The translations under genes were made by a program, and so were the position numbers. The notes under the pieces are model-generated. The model did not search any database, was not told the origin of the DNA, and worked only from the letters and a program-made list of their open reading frames with translations. A DNA stretch of 52,923 bases from a virus (Duplodnaviria; Caudoviricetes): positions 1 through 52,923 of the IMG/VR virus record IMGVR_UViG_3300016474_000485; one strand, 5' to 3'. Shown one piece after another: positions 10,369-16,887 of the stretch (its first letter is position 1; every line of letters begins with the position of its first letter).

Positions 10369-10494
10369 TTATTTTAAACCAGAACCTGGAATACCTCTCA
10401 TAACAATTAATGTTTGATTTGGTCTGGTTACGGTAACACCTAAAGAATTTTTTAGCGTACCTTCTCTTAAAATATTTTTAATTGTATCTTTCAT
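10369..10494 (-). pseudogene. Original 5' end of the kinase gene, truncated inside the P-loop
   Basis: MKDTIKNILREGTLKNSLGVTVTRPNQTLIVMRGIPGSG then LK-stop; TACTTTTG promoter element just upstream. Confidence 0.75.
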
Positions 10495-10532
10495 AAAGCA
10501 AAAGTATTAATAATTTTTAACTTAAACAAATT

Positions 10533-10922
10533 TTATTTAGTTTTTTTTACAACTCTACGTTTTTTTGCTTTTACAACTGGTTTCTTTTTAGATTTAGGTT
10601 TTTTCTTTTTTATTTTAGCTTTTTTGGTAAACCCACCAATACCACCAACCTTTAGATTCATACAATTACCATTTCTAACTTTATTCATGGTAACAATCTC
10701 TCTCTCCCTTTCAGCTAATAATTCTCTACTCTCAACCATCTCAAGTATTTCAACCTTGTGGTTTTCTTTACCATATCGTTTAATTGAGAACTTCAATGCT
10801 TTACCAGAACCCATATAACCATCATCAAGGTTATCGGTTGAATGCATACCAATATAATATTTTTTATTGATTAAACATGTGGTTTTATATATAATATGGT
10901 ATTTCTTTTCCTTATTACTCAT
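10533..10922 (-). mobile_element. GIY-YIG (Seg-like) endonuclease with a basic tail
   Basis: IIYKTTCLINKKYYIGMHST...YMGSG. Confidence 0.8.
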
Positions 10923-11013
10923 ATTACATAAATATCTACATATTGGTAAGTAATTTTAGTTATTCGTAGCGGAATGTACCAAAAAATGGTAGTTTCCGCA
11001 ATAAATAACTAAG

Positions 11014-11103
11014 CAGAGAGAATGGGATTCGAACCCATGGGACCCATTTTTAGGGTCCACCACATTAGCAGTGTGGCCACTTAATCCTCTCGTGCACCTC
11101 TCT
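11014..11103 (-). tRNA. tRNA-Ser(GCT)
   Basis: CCACA-CTGCTAA-TGTGG arm, long variable arm, GGTTCGAATCC, G73. Confidence 0.9.
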
Positions 11104-11110
11104 GTGATAG

Positions 11111-11183
11111 TACCCCCACAGAGATTCGAACTCCGATACTGGCCTTAGAAGGGCCATGTCCTATCCAGTTGAACGATAGGGGC
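11111..11183 (-). tRNA. tRNA-Arg(TCT)
   Basis: TGGCC-CTTCTAA-GGCCA, canonical cloverleaf. Confidence 0.9.
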
Positions 11184-11192
11184 ATGTTGTTG

Positions 11193-11265
11193 TACCCTCG
11201 ACTGGATTCGAACCAGTATTTTTGATTTCGTAGACCAAGGTTCTAATCCATTGAACTACGAGGGC
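11193..11265 (-). tRNA. tRNA-Arg(ACG)
   Basis: TTGGT-CTACGAA-ATCAA, acceptor GCCCTCG/CGAGGGT. Confidence 0.9.
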
Positions 11266-11283
11266 ATAAGTTTATATATTTTG

Positions 11284-11353
11284 TAGCGACTGTGGGGTTC
11301 GAACCCACTTGACCATCCATATGAGGGACGGTTGTTTTCCACTAACTATCGCC
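11284..11353 (-). tRNA. Atypical short tRNA(CAT), Met or Ile2
   Basis: ACCGTCC-CTCATAT-GGATGGT, normal T arm, shortened D region, about 70 nt. Confidence 0.65.
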
Positions 11354-11362
11354 ATTATAGTG

Positions 11363-11451
11363 TACAGACGGCGGGATTCGAACCCACGTTTGATGTTATC
11401 TCAACAACCGCTACGAGTATAGAAGATATAAGCTTCCATCGGTACATCTGC
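11363..11451 (-). tRNA. Atypical tRNA-like RNA with a TAT (Ile) anticodon-like loop
   Basis: Acceptor GCAGATG/CGTCTGT, T arm GTGGGTTCGAATCCCGC; hairpin TGGAAG-CTTATAT-CTTCTA only 6 nt after the acceptor strand. Confidence 0.55.
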
Positions 11452-11461
11452 ATTTCAGTTG

Positions 11462-11547
11462 TCGGTAGGGTGGGACTCGAACCCACATCGTGCTTTAACA
11501 CCCAGCGTATCAGGCTGGTCCCTGTAAACCAATTCGGGTACCTACCG
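11462..11547 (-). tRNA. tRNA with GAT (Ile) anticodon and a long variable arm
   Basis: CCAGC-CTGATAC-GCTGG, variable hairpin GTGT-TAAA-GCAC, A73. Confidence 0.8.
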
Positions 11548-11567
11548 TTTTTTAGGTGGAAGCCTCA

Positions 11568-11762
11568 TTACTTCCACCTTGTTTTTCTGTTGTGTTTCCA
11601 CGTTTTGTATTCTCTCCATTTATGATTGGGTAGATTGCCGTGGCTCCAATTCCACCCATAATCCCACATATCATAACCATAAATGGTCATCCATAGAATG
11701 CAGTTGTATTCTTTAGATGTTTTTGCTTTTTTCAGTTTTGCTCTGTTAATATTTTTACTCAT
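11568..11762 (-). CDS. Small basic Trp-rich protein inside the tRNA array
   Basis: 64 aa, 7 Trp, ends YKTWKHNRKTRWK. Confidence 0.6.
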   Translation of the reverse strand: MSKNINRAKLKKAKTSKEYNCILWMTIYGYDMWDYGWNWSHGNLPNHKWREYKTWKHNRKTRWK

Positions 11763-11828
11763 AAGCTTTACTGTCTGTTGTTTAGCAGACCTTAAAGCTT
11801 GTCAAATTCCTTTTTCATATTTTTAATT

Positions 11829-12221
11829 TTATAAACCCCTATAATATTTACTTCTAGGTCTACCATTTTTATTAGCACCCTTATATGTTGATGTTAATGA
11901 ATGACAATTAGGGCATAATAATTTTAAATTATCTAATGAATTATTAGTAAAATCACCATCAATATGTTCTAATTCAATTGGTATGTTTCCAGTGTATTTA
12001 TTTATTTCACACCACCCACACTCCATACATTTCTCACCATTAATTTTAATTAGATACCATTTAATCCATTTTGCCGTTGCTGTTTTTCCTTTCATACCAT
12101 CATTTTTACCTTCTAACCATAAATTAACCTTTTCCATTCGTTGGTAATCTTGCTGACATTGAGTTGAACAAAACTTCAACCCAGGTTTAATTTCCATATT
12201 ACAATTTTTACATTTACACAT
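11829..12221 (-). mobile_element. HNH endonuclease in the tRNA array
   Basis: LEHIDGDFTNNSLDNLKLLCPNCHS. Confidence 0.85.
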
Positions 12222-12289
12222 AAGTTTTTATATATAAATATTCAGTGGTTTCTAAAACTACTGTATTTATAGAAATTATTTAGTCAATG

Positions 12290-12372
12290 CGGAAGGAGGG
12301 GGAATCGAACCCCCAAAGCTTTTACACCCAGCCGCTTTCAAGGCGGTGTCCTCGTCCATTCGGGCCCCTTCC
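12290..12372 (-). tRNA. tRNA-Ser(TGA)
   Basis: CCGC-CTTGAAA-GCGG, long variable arm, G73. Confidence 0.85.
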
Positions 12373-12428
12373 ATTATTAGCTTATAACCTTATATTATAA
12401 CATTATAAGGTTATAGACTTATATTTTG

Positions 12429-12499
12429 CACACCCACAAGGATTCGAACCCTGACCAAGAGATTTGGAGTCACTTATGCTACCGTTACACCATAGGTGT
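12429..12499 (-). tRNA. tRNA-Trp(CCA)
   Basis: Loop CTCCAAA, acceptor ACACCTA/TGGGTGT, G73. Confidence 0.85.
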
Positions 12500-12517
12500 G
12501 TGTTTTATTTACCAATA

Positions 12518-12528
12518 TGTCAAAGAAC
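12518..12528 (-). promoter_or_regulatory. boxA-like antitermination element
   Basis: GTTCTTTGACA in the His-Trp tRNA spacer. Confidence 0.5.
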
Positions 12529-12536
12529 CTTTGTTG

Positions 12537-12622
12537 GGTGTCTAACGGGGATTGAACCCGCATGTCTTATAAGACCCCTGTTTCACAGACAGGTGTGGCA
12601 AACCAATATCCACCTTAGACAC
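12537..12622 (-). tRNA. tRNA-His(GTG) with a long variable arm
   Basis: CCTGT-CTGTGAA-ACAGG, variable hairpin GTCT-TATA-AGAC, C73. Confidence 0.8.
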
Positions 12623-12624
12623 AG

Positions 12625-12699
12625 CTCTGGGGGTGGGACTCGAACCCACTATCCTCGGCTTAACAGGCCGTAGCTATATACCACTTAAGCTTCCCCAGA
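12625..12699 (-). tRNA. tRNA-Asn(GTT)
   Basis: CGGC-CTGTTAA-GCCG, acceptor TCTGGGG/CCCCAGA, G73. Confidence 0.9.
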
Positions 12700-12867
12700 A
12701 TTTATAGTGACAAAGATTGTTACTTTACCACCTTTCTTTTCAAATTTCAGATTACCGTTGTAACCCATATTTTTTGCTTTCACATTGTATTCATCACAAA
12801 TCTTATCAAAGTCTTTTTCAAAATCTGATACCTTTACAGTTCCCAATGTTCTCACCAATTCTTCCAT
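12685..12867 (-). CDS. Hypothetical 60-aa protein, first gene after the attenuator
   Basis: ATG 12 nt after the terminator U-tract; 3' end overlaps tRNA-Asn by 15 nt. Confidence 0.5.
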   Translation of the reverse strand: MEELVRTLGTVKVSDFEKDFDKICDEYNVKAKNMGYNGNLKFEKKGGKVTIFVTINSGEA

Positions 12868-12878
12868 AAATTTATGAC

Positions 12879-12911
12879 AAAAAAAAACTCGACTTAGTTT
12901 CCTAGGTCGAG
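12879..12911 (-). terminator. Intrinsic terminator (attenuator) upstream of the tRNA array
   Basis: CTCGACCTAG-GAAA-CTAAGTCGAG followed by T9. Confidence 0.85.
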
Positions 12912-12939
12912 CTTTTGTTATTTATTGTTTAACTAAAAA

Positions 12940-13032
12940 TTACATCACAATTTTTAACATACCAGACCTAGTTTGCAGACTATTGCGTCTCCAATTACTA
13001 ATCGACATTCTATGTATGTTATTTGTTATCAT
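12940..13032 (-). CDS. Leader peptide of the tRNA-array attenuator (30 aa)
   Basis: MITNNIHRMSISNWRRNSLQTRSGMLKIVM; codons 4-18 match the array anticodons. Confidence 0.8.
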   Translation of the reverse strand: MITNNIHRMSISNWRRNSLQTRSGMLKIVM

Positions 13033-13068
13033 TTTATTTTTTTTTATTTGTTTCTAATTAAATATATG

Positions 13069-13099
13069 CAAATATAGTAAAAGTTTTTTTATTTGTCAA
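13069..13099 (-). promoter_or_regulatory. Bacteroidota-type promoter for the leader/tRNA operon
   Basis: TTGACA (13094-13099), 17 nt, TATATTTG (13069-13076; TAnnTTTG consensus). Confidence 0.7.
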
Positions 13100-13104
13100 G
13101 TTTT

Positions 13105-13740
13105 TTACAATAAATTTTTAAACATTTCATCAATTTTCCATTTAGGCATGTCTAAGTCCATGCTAAATAATATATTTCTCATCTTTTCTTCTTCTTCTCT
13201 TTGTTCATTAACAAACCCTAATGCAAATGAATAAGTATCATTATCGTCTTCAGATTTTGCTTTGTTTGCGATATCATTCCAGTTTTTGGTAACTTTCATT
13301 TCATGTTCCAAAGCTTTTTCAACCAAATCTCTAATGTCTTTAAATTCTTGTGGCACATTTTTAACATTTGGAACTAATGCTCTAGCATTTTTCTCATAAA
13401 GATATTTATATACCTTTGACATATGAGCCAATTCTTCATCAGCATATTTGAAGAATAACTCAGAGCCACCAATCCAACCTTCATCGTCTAACCAAGCACT
13501 AAATGAACGATATATTTGAGATGAATATAATTCATTCTCAATTTGTTTATTTAAGATACCAGTAATACCTTTGCTTAATCTTGGTTTTTGTTCGATAGAA
13601 TTTTTCTTAGCTTCTTCAGTTAAGATATTCACATCTTCACTTCTCTTTATTTTGTTAAATGTATCAGCAAAACCCTCCAATAACGCTTTTTGTCTTTTTA
13701 AGGCTTCTTCTTTTCTTTTTGCTTCTGATATAATTTTCAT
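13105..13740 (-). CDS. ftnA: Ferritin with an N-terminal extension of about 50 aa
   Basis: QIENELYSSQIY, EELAHM, ALEHEMKVT, EQREEE ferroxidase pattern. Confidence 0.8.
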   Translation of the reverse strand: MKIISEAKRKEEALKRQKALLEGFADTFNKIKRSEDVNILTEEAKKNSIEQKPRLSKGITGILNKQIENELYSSQIYRSFSAWLDDEGWIGGSELFFKYADEELAHMSKVYKYLYEKNARALVPNVKNVPQEFKDIRDLVEKALEHEMKVTKNWNDIANKAKSEDDNDTYSFALGFVNEQREEEEKMRNILFSMDLDMPKWKIDEMFKNLL

Positions 13741-13774
13741 AATTAAAATTTATTAATAAATATCCAAAATAAAC

Positions 13775-13800
13775 AAAAAAACCACTATTAAAGTGGTTTT
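13775..13800 (-). terminator. Intrinsic terminator after cca
   Basis: AAAACCACT-TTAAT-AGTGGTTTT with T-tract. Confidence 0.65.
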
Positions 13801-15028
13801 ATATTAGTTGTTTAAATTTTTCAATTTCCATAGCATTTATGGCTTTACCTAACTCTGGTCCAGGTTTTTCTATTTTGTATTTCTCCATAGCTTCTGGACC
13901 TGTAACTTTAGGTAATTTTAAATAATCTTCAAATGAATCCAATAATTGTGAATTCATACCCATATTACCACCAAAATTTCTTAATTGGTCATTTGATAAC
14001 CCAGATTTTAAAAATAAATCTTTTAACTTTGGTGCAATTTCAATATCCAAATCCAACATAGCAATCAATGTTGTTATTTTTTTAACTTCATCTGAACTAT
14101 ACTTTAATTGATTTAATTTTTTAGCCAAATCAGATAAATCATTTTTATGTAACAACATCGCAATTAATACAATTGGGTCATCTCTATCTATAAATTTACT
14201 TCTATCAATATTAAGACCCTTAAATACCCAATTAAATAAGTTGTACTTATCTATTAGTTCTAAATATTGTTTAGTTGATTTTGCTGATGCTAAACCTTTA
14301 ATAAATTCATCTCTGATTCTTTCACCAGAGATACCTTCCAAACTAGAATCTTTTTGTAATGCAGCATCAACATCTTTATCCAATTCAGACCCAAATCTAC
14401 CAGCAAATCTAATTGCTCTTAATATCCTCAATCTGTCTTCACCAAATCTAGCTTCCGCACCGCCAACAGTTTTAACTGTGATTTTGCCATTATCAGCATC
14501 TACTATTTTACCATCCACTACTTTTTTACCAAGATGCTCAATACCACCAACAAGGTCAACAACTTCACCAGTTTCAATATCATAAAATAATGCATTAATT
14601 GTTAGGTCTCTCCTAGCTACATCACCTTCAATGTTTGTGAATGAAACAGCATCTGGTCTTCTACCACCAGATAAATCATTCCTAAACGTAGCGATTTCAT
14701 ATTCACCTTGGTCGGTGAATACATTAATAACACCAAATGCTTTACCAGTTGGCAATGTTTTAAGTCCAGCTTTAGCCATCATTTGTTCAACCTTGTCTGG
14801 TTCAGCATCTGTAGCCAAATCATAATCCTTAGGTGTTTTGCCTAATATTGCATCTCTAACTGCACCACCAACAACATATAACTTATGTCCGTTTTTGACA
14901 AATACATTTTTGATGTCTATGATATCACTAGGTATGGGCATGTCCATTTTAACCCTAATTGGTTTGGGTGTTTGCTTCATTTCTTTTATTATACCTTCTC
15001 TCAATATTTGTCTTATTGTTTCTTTCAT
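13799..15028 (-). CDS. cca: CCA-adding tRNA nucleotidyltransferase
   Basis: VGGAVRD, KDYDLAT, EIATFR, RRDLTINAL, EDRLRILRAIRF, SGERIRDE. Confidence 0.9.
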   Translation of the reverse strand: MKETIRQILREGIIKEMKQTPKPIRVKMDMPIPSDIIDIKNVFVKNGHKLYVVGGAVRDAILGKTPKDYDLATDAEPDKVEQMMAKAGLKTLPTGKAFGVINVFTDQGEYEIATFRNDLSGGRRPDAVSFTNIEGDVARRDLTINALFYDIETGEVVDLVGGIEHLGKKVVDGKIVDADNGKITVKTVGGAEARFGEDRLRILRAIRFAGRFGSELDKDVDAALQKDSSLEGISGERIRDEFIKGLASAKSTKQYLELIDKYNLFNWVFKGLNIDRSKFIDRDDPIVLIAMLLHKNDLSDLAKKLNQLKYSSDEVKKITTLIAMLDLDIEIAPKLKDLFLKSGLSNDQLRNFGGNMGMNSQLLDSFEDYLKLPKVTGPEAMEKYKIEKPGPELGKAINAMEIEKFKQLI

Positions 15029-15067
15029 ATTGCAAATATAGTAATATAATTTGATATATCCAAATAA

Positions 15068-16153
15068 TTAATGTTGGGTTAATAAGATTGTTTTAACATC
15101 TTTTCTAAATGCAGCATCATCACCGTCATTTGGTGTAACAATTACATGCCATTTTGGGTTATCTGATTTAGGTGTTTGTCTCATTTCATCATAAGTTAAA
15201 ATTTCAGCTTTATTTAACTTAAAATAGTTCGCAACATTATCCTTTAGTTTTTGCTCATCACTAATTTTCATCAAATCTAAACCTTTAAATAAACTTTGTG
15301 GTACAACCTTAGACATTTTTTGTATATTAGGGTCTATTTTACCAGTTTCACGTTTATTAGCACCTTTTGAAAATGTTGTATCAACCATTTCAGCACCTGT
15401 TGCTACATCACCTATTTTGGTATAAGCGTAACTTTGGACATTATAACCTTCCTGTTGTAATTTTTTCATTACATCTTCAGCTATTTTAATATATCTTTTA
15501 GAGAAAAAATCACCAGAATCATTCCATCTTAATATAACTTTAGATTTATACCCTGATAATGCTTTATGTTCTTTACATTTTGATTTCAACTCATTATACA
15601 TCTGTTGTTCGTATTCATCTGGATGATTTAATAAATAATTTAATCTTCTAGTCATACTATCATATGATACTGGATATTGTATATATCTACCCTTTAAAGC
15701 ATAACATATTAACACACAATCACCAGCACCTGGGCAAGTATTTATATAATGGAATTTACCATTATCCTCATCATAAGCTATACCTCTAAAAGCTGGAATA
15801 CCAGTTTTATAAACATACTCATTTGGTCCACCACTTTTTAATATTTTTTCGTTTGTATTGATTACATTATTTGGTTTCTCAGTTATTTTATTTATAAAAT
15901 ACTCAATATCGATACCACCATCAACATCTTTAAAAAAACTAGATTTTGAATGAACGTATGGGTATTTAGCATCAAATTTCTCTCTATCTTCCGTGCCTTT
16001 TGGTGCGTTAGCTCTAACTCTGTTTAAATAATCAACAACCTCTTTAGGATTTATACAAGATTGTCTAACATCACTAAATTCTTTCTCCCAATCTATTTCA
16101 TTCAATAGGTAATCTATGGATTCCCTTAATAATTTTTTAATTAAATGTTTCAT
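15068..16153 (-). CDS. Phage GP88-like Cys-cluster protein
   Basis: TCPGAGDCVLICYA, RWNDSGDF, YAYTK. Confidence 0.6.
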   Translation of the reverse strand: MKHLIKKLLRESIDYLLNEIDWEKEFSDVRQSCINPKEVVDYLNRVRANAPKGTEDREKFDAKYPYVHSKSSFFKDVDGGIDIEYFINKITEKPNNVINTNEKILKSGGPNEYVYKTGIPAFRGIAYDEDNGKFHYINTCPGAGDCVLICYALKGRYIQYPVSYDSMTRRLNYLLNHPDEYEQQMYNELKSKCKEHKALSGYKSKVILRWNDSGDFFSKRYIKIAEDVMKKLQQEGYNVQSYAYTKIGDVATGAEMVDTTFSKGANKRETGKIDPNIQKMSKVVPQSLFKGLDLMKISDEQKLKDNVANYFKLNKAEILTYDEMRQTPKSDNPKWHVIVTPNDGDDAAFRKDVKTILLTQH

Positions 16154-16164
16154 ATTAATAAATA

Positions 16165-16887
16165 TTATTTTCTTGGGTGATTGTCATACCCACATTTATG
16201 ACATAGATATAAATCCTCTTTTTTTGATTCAGATTCTTTCCAATGCCAACCACAATTTCTACAGTTTATTGTTTTATCTTTTGATTCATCAAGTCTAGCA
16301 AAAAAGAAATGAGACGCTCTCTCATTTAACGATTTTAAAAACGATTTTGGGTTTTCTTTTTGACTCAAAAACTCATTACCTATTGCTATAAGTTTATTAT
16401 AATCATTCTTATTATCATAATAATATATAGCATTTATTATCATGTCATATTCTTCACCTCTATCACTAGTCATGTAATTATCATCATCTGGTATTATTTG
16501 ATACTTAGCTAACCCACGCTCATGCATTTTCTTTAATACATTATATGCTTTATCACTAGTACCAGAATCTCTATCAGTAACCAGACCAAGTGGATAAACC
16601 TCAGACATTGCCATTTCATATATTAAAGGACCATAACCCTTTTCAGCGGCAACGGCACCAAAATAATAAAAATCAACATTTTCAATTTTATCTGGGTTGT
16701 TTATTGGTGATGCTTTAGCTGAAGATTTATTAATACCGATTACTGCATATATTCTATCGGTTTTATAATCATATAAAACCAAATAATCACCAGCATTGAA
16801 TAGTCCAGTTGTTTCTGATAAATCTAAAGCAGTTTTTGCTACTTCTAATAATGCTGAGTGAACCATTTCTATTATTAACTGCCTCAT
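16165..16887 (-). CDS. GNAT-like protein with a C-terminal zinc ribbon
   Basis: VAAEKGYGPLIYE; CRNCG...CHKCG. Confidence 0.45.
   Translation of the reverse strand: MRQLIIEMVHSALLEVAKTALDLSETTGLFNAGDYLVLYDYKTDRIYAVIGINKSSAKASPINNPDKIENVDFYYFGAVAAEKGYGPLIYEMAMSEVYPLGLVTDRDSGTSDKAYNVLKKMHERGLAKYQIIPDDDNYMTSDRGEEYDMIINAIYYYDNKNDYNKLIAIGNEFLSQKENPKSFLKSLNERASHFFFARLDESKDKTINCRNCGWHWKESESKKEDLYLCHKCGYDNHPRK

Noticed and set aside
9369-10389. Group I intron in the kinase gene
   Set aside because: Almost no non-coding space for a ribozyme core, and the direct-repeat junctions do not give a U at the exon end together with a G at the intron end.
12383-12416. AT-rich inverted repeat between tRNA-Trp and tRNA-Ser
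   Set aside because: A spacer hairpin with no U-tract or shared motif; no function can be supported.
11332-12673. Plus-strand ORFs 11332-11625 and 12464-12673
   Set aside because: They are antisense to tRNA genes.
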